From: Bradymonadia bacterium
Lineage (GTDB): Bacteria > Myxococcota_A > Bradymonadia > UBA7976 > UBA1532
DNA: 64,000 bases
Assembly: GCA_046290225.1 (NCBI GenBank)
Contig: JBKAGE010000034.1
Coordinates: 288,001-352,000, forward strand
Direction of reading: 5' to 3'
Both the position numbers and the translations under genes were made by a program. The notes under the pieces were generated by a model. The model was not told the DNA's origin. It did no database searches and worked only from the letters and a program-made list of their open reading frames with translations. Positions 54,796 to 62,262 of this stretch are shown here, piece after piece (position 1 is the stretch's first letter; every line of letters begins with the position of its first letter).

Positions 54796-55550
54796 GCAGC
54801 AGCGAACTTTTTTCGGGGATATCTTCATCCCACCCGGGGTCACATGAACGTACGCCTGCTGAGCGAGGGGGCAAAGCCTCCCGCCACAGCGGCCGAAATC
54901 ACGCGATCTCCGAGGAGGCATCCCCCTTGACCGCCCAGGCCCTCACGATGAGCCAGATGGAAGAGCTCGGCCAGGAGCCCGCCCGCGAAGACCCCGAGGC
55001 CGCCCTCGTCGACGCCCTCATCGCCGGTGATGAGCGGGCCTTCGCCCGACTGTACCGCGATCACAGCGCCGACGTGTTCCGTCTCGCCCGGCGCTTCGTA
55101 TACAGCGACGCCGAGGCTGAAGAGGTCGTGCAGGAGGTCTTCCTCGCCGCCTTCAAGTACATCGGCCGGTTCCGACGGGAGTCTCGATTGAAGACCTGGC
55201 TGTACCGGATCACGGTGAACCGGGCGCTCAAGCGGCATCGCTGGTGGACGCGTCGTCGAGAGTCGGGCCCCGAGCCCATCGACATCATGAAGTCGTCGGC
55301 ACCGAGTCCCGAAGCACGGGCGAGTGATCGCCAGGCCCTCGCCTTGGTGCATGAGCTGCTCAACCAGCTCGACAAAAAGAAACAGACTGTGCTCGTGCTC
55401 CACGAGCTCGAAGGGCTCAACACTCAGGAGATCGCCGAGATCCTGGAGTGCCCCCGCTCCACTGTGCTCACGCGCCTCGCCCGGGCGCGCAGCGAGCTGA
55501 TCCGCCGGGCGCAGAAGCTCGGTGTATTGCCGGAAGAGGCCAAGTCATGA
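54792..55550 (+). CDS. ECF RNA polymerase sigma factor
   Basis: GDERAFARLY, AEEVVQEVF, FRRESRLKTWLYRITVN (region 2); LHELEGLNTQEIAEIL...TVLTRLARAR (region 4). True start may be further downstream. Confidence 0.93.
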   Translation: MSSSELFSGISSSHPGSHERTPAERGGKASRHSGRNHAISEEASPLTAQALTMSQMEELGQEPAREDPEAALVDALIAGDERAFARLYRDHSADVFRLARRFVYSDAEAEEVVQEVFLAAFKYIGRFRRESRLKTWLYRITVNRALKRHRWWTRRRESGPEPIDIMKSSAPSPEARASDRQALALVHELLNQLDKKKQTVLVLHELEGLNTQEIAEILECPRSTVLTRLARARSELIRRAQKLGVLPEEAKS

Positions 55551-56503
55551 ACCCGCTGCACACATCACAGTCCGCAGGCGAAGAGGCCCGAAACCCACAG
55601 GTTCAGCAGTTGCTGGCCCCCCTCGCCCACGATCACGGTGCGCGCTGGACCCCGGAGCGCAGCGCCCGGGTGTGGTCCAACATCGAAGAGCAGCGCCAGA
55701 GCCGAAGCGCCTGGCGCCTGCCCGCCTTCGCGCTGCCCCTCGCCGCTGCTGCAGCCTGTGCCCTGGCGCTCTTCGTCTGGCGAGGCAGTGATCGCCCCGT
55801 GGCGCCTGAGCCCACCATCGCCCAGGCGGGTGATGTCTTGTCCGGGCCGAGCACCCTGCCCTCCGGAGCACAGCTGGCCATCAGCGGTCAGGTGCAGGTG
55901 GCCCGGGCCACCACAGGGGACACCACCCTGGTGCTCGAATCCGGCGAGGTCACCAACACCGTGCCGCCGGTCCCCGAAGGTGGCAGCTATGTGGTGAAGA
56001 CACCTGCGGCCACGGTGCACGTCGTGGGCACGGTGTTCACCGTGCGTCGCATGGACGACGGCGGCACAGCCGTCGAGGTCACTGAAGGCCGAGTGCGGGT
56101 GCAGCCCACAGATGGCAGCCCCGCGGTGATGGTGAGCGCCGGCGAGCGCCACGAGGTCACCCCTGCAAGTGTTCGACTCAAGGAATCAGCCTCGGCAACG
56201 ACGCCTGACTCAGCCCCCTCGAACGATGCGATGGAGGCCTCTGTCGCTGCCCAGAACGCCGCACTGGCCAGGGGGCGTACGCTCTCCAGGAACGCCCCGG
56301 AGCAGGCTGTGCAACATTGGGGTGAATTCATCGCCCGATGGCCCGAGGGGGTGCACCTCGAAGAGGCCATGATGCGATACGCCTTTGCTCAGGCCGCCGT
56401 GGGCAATCGACTCGCCGCCGCAGCCGCCGCCCAGCAGTGCCTCGACCGGTTCCCCGAGAGCCCCTATCAGGCCCGCTTGAAGGGTTTGCTGAGCCGCCCC
56501 TGA
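55547..56503 (+). CDS. FecR-domain anti-sigma factor with C-terminal TPR
   Basis: ATGA overlap; TM helix; VKTPAATVHVVGTVFTV...VEVTEGRVRV; FIARWPEG and CLDRFPES TPR ends. Confidence 0.85.
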   Translation: MNPLHTSQSAGEEARNPQVQQLLAPLAHDHGARWTPERSARVWSNIEEQRQSRSAWRLPAFALPLAAAAACALALFVWRGSDRPVAPEPTIAQAGDVLSGPSTLPSGAQLAISGQVQVARATTGDTTLVLESGEVTNTVPPVPEGGSYVVKTPAATVHVVGTVFTVRRMDDGGTAVEVTEGRVRVQPTDGSPAVMVSAGERHEVTPASVRLKESASATTPDSAPSNDAMEASVAAQNAALARGRTLSRNAPEQAVQHWGEFIARWPEGVHLEEAMMRYAFAQAAVGNRLAAAAAAQQCLDRFPESPYQARLKGLLSRP

Positions 56504-56513
56504 CGACTCGAAG

Positions 56514-56542
56514 TTGAACCCCCAGCCGCCCAGGACTATCGT
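56514..56542 (+). promoter_or_regulatory. Putative sigma70-type promoter, leaderless
   Basis: TTGAAC-N17-TATCGT, 6 nt before ATG 56549, no SD. Confidence 0.5.
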
Positions 56543-56548
56543 GCGGCC

Positions 56549-58150
56549 ATGCCTCAGTTCACCGAGTTCCCAGTCCTGCCCCAGGGTGAGTACACCCAGG
56601 CTGTCGATGCCTTCATCCGATTGATTCGCGGGGTCCCCCCTGAGGGCGAGCCCTTCTCCAGCTTTCGAAAGCGGCTGAAGAAAGCCAGCATGTGGAGCCG
56701 AGACCGCCTGATCGGTCTGCTGAGGTTCCTGCAGATCCCGCACGCGGATCCCATCATGCCCTCCGAGTTCATGACCGCCGTCACCGAGGCGGACGGTCTC
56801 GAAGGGGCCCGTGATGTGATCACCGCGCGTCTCTGGGCCATCAACCCCCTGCTGTTCAAAGCGGTGCTCGAGCGGCTCGAGGAGCGGGTGCACTCCCCGA
56901 ACGAGCTGTTCAAGTACGTCGACTCCTTCGCGTACCCTGGGGCCCGGTTGAGCCATCCCGAGATGCAGAACTGGATCAAGCTCGCTCAGGGCCTGGGTGT
57001 GCTCAAGCCCGTGGGCATTCGCGTCGCCGCCGACGTTCGGGGTGAGCAGTACCTGCCCGAAGCGCTGGACCTCGACATCGAGGACTTCCTCGAAGAAGAC
57101 CAGGAGGAGATCTGGCCTCCACCTGGGAGTGACACGGGCTCTGCAGGCGCAACGAGCGCTGAAGCCGCGACGGACGAGACTGCGGCAGCCTCCGCAGCGG
57201 TTGCGACAGTTGCCCCCGCACCCACGCCGTCTGTGGTGACGACCTCAGCATCAGCGCCCGCTGCACCACAGGCAGTCCGGTCATCTGCCCATGGGGCGCC
57301 CTCTGTGGTGCCCACCGCCCTCGCGCTCCCCAGCAGCTTGTCGGATCCACATCAAGGCTCGGGCACCAAAGTTCGGCTCGACCAGATTCGGGCCAGCGAA
57401 GGCCTCAGCGCCTCTCTGCAAAGCACCCTCGCGGAGCGGATCGAAGGGTGGTGGTCCGACCAGACAGCCGTGGAAGATCCCTACCCGCTCAACGACTTCC
57501 ACTTCGACGCCGAAGCCTGGATGGAAGATCCTCAGCGGGCACTCTTCCGCCTCGCAGTCGGTGCCGCCTTCGCCTTCCGGCTCGGCCGCAGTCCCGATCA
57601 GGCACGCCAGGCCTTCGAACACCTCGACGCTGTGGGCGTACTCGACGACTTGTTCCTCGGGACCGTGCCCGATCATCCCCCCGTCGACCTCGACCCTCAG
57701 GGGCTGATGCTGGCCTCTCTGGTGGCTCGACGCCTCGCGGAGAGCCCGGATCTGGCGACAGACCTGGAGCGGCAGAAGGATGCTGAGTCTGTTCTTCAGG
57801 CTCTGGAGAAGTCTCTGGGCCGGGGGCTGTTCTCCATCGAACTCTTCTGGATGCTGAGGCGGCTCGACCAGCTCGGCGTCGTCAGGGTGCCAGGCGCTGT
57901 CGACGTACGGGCGCTGCCCACGCGCTCGCTTCGAGAAGCGCTCTTCCGATTTGGCGTGCTCGACTCCCCCTACGCCAGCAACCTCGCCGATCTCGTGAAG
58001 GCATCTCAGGCAGCTCGGGCGCTCGTGGCGGCCCCGGGTTTGCCTGATCAAGTGATCTTGTCCTTCGCTCAGGCTGCCCAATGCGCCTTCGGCTGCCCTC
58101 AGCGCAAGCGGTGTGGGCTCCCCTGCAGAGAGCGGGTGGATCTGGGGTGA
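56549..58150 (+). CDS. Hypothetical protein: N-terminal wHTH-like region, low-complexity linker, helical domain, C-terminal Cys4 cluster
   Basis: 533-aa ORF with typical codon bias; ends CAFGCPQRKRCGLPC. Confidence 0.7.
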   Translation: MPQFTEFPVLPQGEYTQAVDAFIRLIRGVPPEGEPFSSFRKRLKKASMWSRDRLIGLLRFLQIPHADPIMPSEFMTAVTEADGLEGARDVITARLWAINPLLFKAVLERLEERVHSPNELFKYVDSFAYPGARLSHPEMQNWIKLAQGLGVLKPVGIRVAADVRGEQYLPEALDLDIEDFLEEDQEEIWPPPGSDTGSAGATSAEAATDETAAASAAVATVAPAPTPSVVTTSASAPAAPQAVRSSAHGAPSVVPTALALPSSLSDPHQGSGTKVRLDQIRASEGLSASLQSTLAERIEGWWSDQTAVEDPYPLNDFHFDAEAWMEDPQRALFRLAVGAAFAFRLGRSPDQARQAFEHLDAVGVLDDLFLGTVPDHPPVDLDPQGLMLASLVARRLAESPDLATDLERQKDAESVLQALEKSLGRGLFSIELFWMLRRLDQLGVVRVPGAVDVRALPTRSLREALFRFGVLDSPYASNLADLVKASQAARALVAAPGLPDQVILSFAQAAQCAFGCPQRKRCGLPCRERVDLG

Positions 58151-59700
58151 AGAAGAAGACGCTCACGGGACGCATCAGCGGCTTCTTCCGCCGCGCACCA
58201 CAAGGTGAGGAGGAGCCGCCCTCCGAGCCCGCACCGAACGATGAGCCTCTGCCTCCGGCCACGGAGGGCGTCAACCTGCTCCTCATCAGTGATCTGCACC
58301 TCGGGGAGGCGTGCAAGGATCACAGCCGAATCGAATATCTGAAGCGCAGCGCCACCCTCGACGAGGACCTCTGTCGGTTCCTCGAGCACCACACCCACAA
58401 TCGTCTCGACGGGCGGCCGTGGCGTCTGGTCCTCGCAGGTGATCTGCTCGACTTCCTGCAGGTGACCATCGTGCCCACCGGCGCCTCTGATGAGGCCAGA
58501 CGATTTGGTCTGGGCACGACGGAGGAAGAGTCCGCCTGGAAGCTCTCCAGGCTGATGGAGCGTCACCGCCGTGCCTTTGTCTATCTCGCTGGCTTCGTCG
58601 GCGCCGGGCACCAGCTCGACATCATCCAGGGCAACCATGACGAAGAGCTGTTCTGGCCCAAAGTGCAGGAGACCCTCGTGGCGGGGCTCAAGCAGATCTA
58701 CTTCGGCGGCGAGGACACCGCGGAGGTCACCCCCGAGGATTTCGAATCTCGAGTGCGGTTTCATCCGTGGTGCTTGCACATTCCCGGCGTGCTCTATGTC
58801 GAGCATGGCCATCGATATGATCCGTACTGCGCCACGCCCCCACAGCTCTGCCCCTTGCGTCCCGGTGACGAGCGCGAGCTGACCCAACCGCTCAGCGGAC
58901 TGGCCATTCGTTACTTCGCCAACCTGGAGCGGGGGTTCCAGACCCACGACAAGGAGCACTGGGGCCTGAGAGAGTACAGCGCCTACTATCGCTCTCGGGG
59001 CTGGGGCCACCTGATCGACGTATGGCATCGCTATGTGCACTTCCTGAAGCAGGCCCATCAGTACTATCGGGATCATGGCAGCCTCAGCAGCGAAGCGGCA
59101 CACGCGCAACATCAGGCCGCCCTCGTAGAGGTGGCCGAGGCAGAGCAGATCACCCTCGCTGATCTTCAGGCCCTCGACACCCTCGGCGCCCCCTCGGTGA
59201 CCAGTGACGCCTTCGGGTTGTACGCCGGGGTGGGCATGGCCGAGTGGACCGCCATCTCCGGCGCGCTGTTCGTGGCTCTGCTGATGTTGCTGACCCCCTG
59301 GTCCTGGTGGGTCGAGTTGGGCCTCATCGGCGCAGGCATCTTTGCTGGGGTGCGCTGGGTCCGATACGCACGAGGGCGGTTCCCCCTCGCTGCCCCCATC
59401 TACCTCAGCGATGCAGCGGAGCAGATCGGCGCCCGGTTGAAAGTCCCGGTCGTAGCCATGGGCCACACCCACAAACCCCTGCGACGACGCCAGGCCTTCG
59501 ATCACCGGGCCTTCTACGTGAACACGGGCTCGTTCCTGGCGCCTCATGGACCGCACCACGGCCCCACTGAGCCCTGCACTTGTAGAACCACCTTCGTGGT
59601 GATCCCTCATGCGGGGGCGCATGACCGGCCCTCACCCAAACTGTATCGCTGGTGTGTGGTGAATCAGAAGCCTGCGCCCTTCAAGGTCAAGCGCGGCTGA
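58147..59700 (+). CDS. Calcineurin-like metallophosphoesterase with inserted TM hairpin
   Basis: ISDLHLG, AGDLLD, GNHD, EHGH, MGHTH all present; two hydrophobic helices before the last motif; GTGA overlap with the upstream gene. Confidence 0.88.
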   Translation: MKKKTLTGRISGFFRRAPQGEEEPPSEPAPNDEPLPPATEGVNLLLISDLHLGEACKDHSRIEYLKRSATLDEDLCRFLEHHTHNRLDGRPWRLVLAGDLLDFLQVTIVPTGASDEARRFGLGTTEEESAWKLSRLMERHRRAFVYLAGFVGAGHQLDIIQGNHDEELFWPKVQETLVAGLKQIYFGGEDTAEVTPEDFESRVRFHPWCLHIPGVLYVEHGHRYDPYCATPPQLCPLRPGDERELTQPLSGLAIRYFANLERGFQTHDKEHWGLREYSAYYRSRGWGHLIDVWHRYVHFLKQAHQYYRDHGSLSSEAAHAQHQAALVEVAEAEQITLADLQALDTLGAPSVTSDAFGLYAGVGMAEWTAISGALFVALLMLLTPWSWWVELGLIGAGIFAGVRWVRYARGRFPLAAPIYLSDAAEQIGARLKVPVVAMGHTHKPLRRRQAFDHRAFYVNTGSFLAPHGPHHGPTEPCTCRTTFVVIPHAGAHDRPSPKLYRWCVVNQKPAPFKVKRG

Positions 59701-59715
59701 GACTGGCCTGAGCGG

Positions 59716-60294
59716 TCACGCCTCGAAGGCCGCCCTGAGCACCCCGTCGAGTCGGCTCACGGCCTCTCTCGCCGTCTCCTTGCGCCCCATGGTCATGGGG
59801 ATGCCGGCCCCAACTCGATGGGTGACGCCGGTGACCAGCGGGCCAGGACCACGACGCAGGCTGCGCCTCACGGGTACGATGGGCACATCGCACTTGAACG
59901 CCACCTGCACCAGCCCCTCGCCCTCACCGAGTTGAGCCAGCACAGCGTGCCCGGCCATCAGCCGACGACGGATCACATAGTGGGAAGCAGGCAGCACCCC
60001 GAGGGCGCCGAGGTGCGGGTTGAGCGCCGGCCATCGCAGCCAGCGCTCGTCGAGCACGAGGCGTGGCCAGGGTCGGCCCGCCCGGCGCAGGGCCGAGGCC
60101 ATCGCCAGGGCATCGAGGGGGCTCGTCCCTGCAGGCAGGACCCAGAGGGCCCCCGCTGAGGGCCAGCGCTCAGGCCACTCCACACGATGGCGGCTCGCTC
60201 GGAGGGCGCCGGAGAGCAAGGGGCTCAGGCGATCGAGGGCGCTGGGGTCAAAAGCGTCAGGGGCGTCTGGGGGAAACAGTTCGGCAGTCTTCAT
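59716..60294 (-). CDS. Degenerate PlsC-like acyltransferase homolog
   Basis: VEWPERWP..GALWV...PLDA, LGALGVLPA, GLVQVAFKCDVPIVPV, VGAGI follow the acyltransferase block order. Confidence 0.55.
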   Translation of the reverse strand: MKTAELFPPDAPDAFDPSALDRLSPLLSGALRASRHRVEWPERWPSAGALWVLPAGTSPLDALAMASALRRAGRPWPRLVLDERWLRWPALNPHLGALGVLPASHYVIRRRLMAGHAVLAQLGEGEGLVQVAFKCDVPIVPVRRSLRRGPGPLVTGVTHRVGAGIPMTMGRKETAREAVSRLDGVLRAAFEA

Positions 60295-60313
60295 GGCCCG
60301 GGTGGGATGCAGT

Positions 60314-61495
60314 TCAGTTGTGTCCGGTCGCAGCGTCGGGATCGAGAAAACGACCCGTGGCCTCATTGGACTCGTGCACGCCGGTGTCTTCATCGTGCAC
60401 GTGGGTCTCGTTCGTGTGGGCTGCTCTTTCGAGCGACGCGAGCGTCTCGAGACCTGGCAGAGGGCCGGTCATGTCCACGAGGCGGGTGTAATTCACCCTC
60501 AGGCCTGTGGGCGTGTCGTCATCTGAGGGGCCCACGAGATCGAACTCTTGATAGCGCTCGTCGTGCTCCATGCGCTCACGGGCGAAAATACGGCTGAGCG
60601 TACGCCCCAGGTCGAGGGGCTTGAAGCGCGGGAACCGATCCCGCCGGTAGACCTCGAGCTCGTCTGCGAAAGCCTCGGCAGTGGCGTATCGTGCCTCTGC
60701 ATCCTTCGCCAGAGCCCTGGCGAGGATGCGCTCGAGGGTGGCATCGAGGCCAGGGAGATCGGCGACGCCGGGGTGAGGCTGATGGCGAATCGCCTCCATG
60801 ACCTCGACGTCTTCAGATCCCTTGAAGGGGGTCTCGCCCGTGAGGGTTTCGAAGAGCACGGCCCCTGCTGCGAAGACATCGGAGCGCCGGTCGAGCCGTC
60901 GCCCCATGGTCTGCTCCGGGCTCATGTAGCGCACCTTGCCCTTGATGACCCCCACCCGGGTCTTCACCCGGTTGAGGCGCCCCTTGGCGATGCCGAAGTC
61001 GATGAGCTTCACCTCGCCGCGGTAGCTGACCATGATGTTCGACGGGCTGAAGTCGCGGTGCACGATGTCGAGGGGCTCACCGGTGAGGTCGACCTGCTCG
61101 TGGGCACAATGCAAGCCCCTCAGCGCCTGTTCCACCGCCCACAAGCCGTACTCCACGGGCCAGGGCATCTCCCGAGCCCGGCAGCGACGCAGCGCAGATC
61201 GTAGATCTACCCCTTCGACGTACTCCATCACCAGGAAGTACTCGTCTTCGAGGTGGCTGAACTCGTACGTGCGGGTGATGTTGGGGTGATCGAAGAGGCA
61301 CGTGATCTTGGCCTCGTCAATGAGCATGTCGATGAACTCTTGATCGGCGGTGTAGAACGACAGCAACCGCTTGATGGCCACAGCCTCGAGCTCACCGTCG
61401 GCGTCGCGCCGGGCGGCACGATAGATCTCCGCCATTCCCCCAGAGGAGATCCGGTAGAGCAAACGATAGGGTCCAAGTGATCGAGCGCGGCGCAC
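60314..61495 (-). CDS. Cytoplasmic Ser/Thr protein kinase
   Basis: SSGGMAEIY, VAIKR, HPNI, IVHRDFSPSN, IDFG, KGKVRYMSPEQ, RSDVFAAG. Confidence 0.95.
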   Translation of the reverse strand: MRRARSLGPYRLLYRISSGGMAEIYRAARRDADGELEAVAIKRLLSFYTADQEFIDMLIDEAKITCLFDHPNITRTYEFSHLEDEYFLVMEYVEGVDLRSALRRCRAREMPWPVEYGLWAVEQALRGLHCAHEQVDLTGEPLDIVHRDFSPSNIMVSYRGEVKLIDFGIAKGRLNRVKTRVGVIKGKVRYMSPEQTMGRRLDRRSDVFAAGAVLFETLTGETPFKGSEDVEVMEAIRHQPHPGVADLPGLDATLERILARALAKDAEARYATAEAFADELEVYRRDRFPRFKPLDLGRTLSRIFARERMEHDERYQEFDLVGPSDDDTPTGLRVNYTRLVDMTGPLPGLETLASLERAAHTNETHVHDEDTGVHESNEATGRFLDPDAATGHN

Positions 61496-61501
61496 GAGGG
61501 A

Positions 61502-61530
61502 AGGCTAGCTTGCCCGGCCCGCAGTTGCAA
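61502..61530 (-). promoter_or_regulatory. Putative sigma70-type promoter, leaderless
   Basis: TTGCAA-N17-TAGCCT, 6 nt before GTG 61495. Confidence 0.45.
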
Positions 61531-61662
61531 TCCACCATACCCGGTGATAAGAGCTGCTCAGGGCAGCGCCTGGGCTGATGGTGCCGCGCATAAAGCCGCT
61601 CTCAGGGGTGTTTGACGAGATCGAGCCCCCACCATCACCGCGCTGACGAAGAGGAGATCACC

Positions 61663-62226
61663 ATGACTCGCCCCCTGCTTTTCCGCACCTCGACCCTCAC
61701 AGGTGCCCTCACCCAGGCCGCTCTCCTGGGGACGCTCACCCTCACCGCCTTCGGGTGCCAGGAGTCCGCCAAGGCCAAAGGTCCGGACCAGACGCCGCCC
61801 AAGGCGGCAGATGCTCCGGCGTCCCCTGATGCGGTGAAGGCTGAAGCGAAGCCCGCTGAGGCACCTGCAGCCGAGCAGGCTGAGGCCCCCATCTACGCGG
61901 TGAAGATCCGTCCTGGCGACGCCAAGGCCGGTCAGGCAGGGACTTCGGTCATCGAGGTGACCCCGGCGAAGGGCTACAAGGTCAACCTCGAGTTCCCCAG
62001 CCGTCTGAAGCTCTCGCCCGTGCAGGGTATCGCCCACACCAAGGCCGAGCTGGGCAAGGACGACGCCGAGGTCACCGAGAAGGTGTTGCGGTTCAACGTC
62101 GGCTTCACCCCCTCTGCTGCAGGGAAGTACGCCCTTGAAGGTGTGGCCGACTTCAGCGTCTGCAATGATCGCACGTGCCGCCTGATCCGCGGCGAAAAGC
62201 TCACCTGGGAGGTGGCGGTACAGTAA
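61663..62226 (+). CDS. Lipoprotein with a DsbD-N-like Ig fold
   Basis: GAGGAG SD, lipobox AFGC, GYKVN..FP, FSVCNDRTC cysteine pair. Confidence 0.62.
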   Translation: MTRPLLFRTSTLTGALTQAALLGTLTLTAFGCQESAKAKGPDQTPPKAADAPASPDAVKAEAKPAEAPAAEQAEAPIYAVKIRPGDAKAGQAGTSVIEVTPAKGYKVNLEFPSRLKLSPVQGIAHTKAELGKDDAEVTEKVLRFNVGFTPSAAGKYALEGVADFSVCNDRTCRLIRGEKLTWEVAVQ

Positions 62227-62262
62227 GCTGCCGTCACACAGCACAACCCTCGAGGACCATCG

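Noticed and set aside
61514..61530. Possible sigma54 promoter (GG...TTGC)
   Set aside because: GG-to-GC spacing is 9 nt rather than the required 10.
61555..61625. Resemblance to glycine (CTCTCAGG), ZTP (CGCCTGGGC) or fluoride (GATGG) riboswitches
   Set aside because: Only isolated sub-motifs; the other required conserved elements are missing and the downstream genes do not fit.
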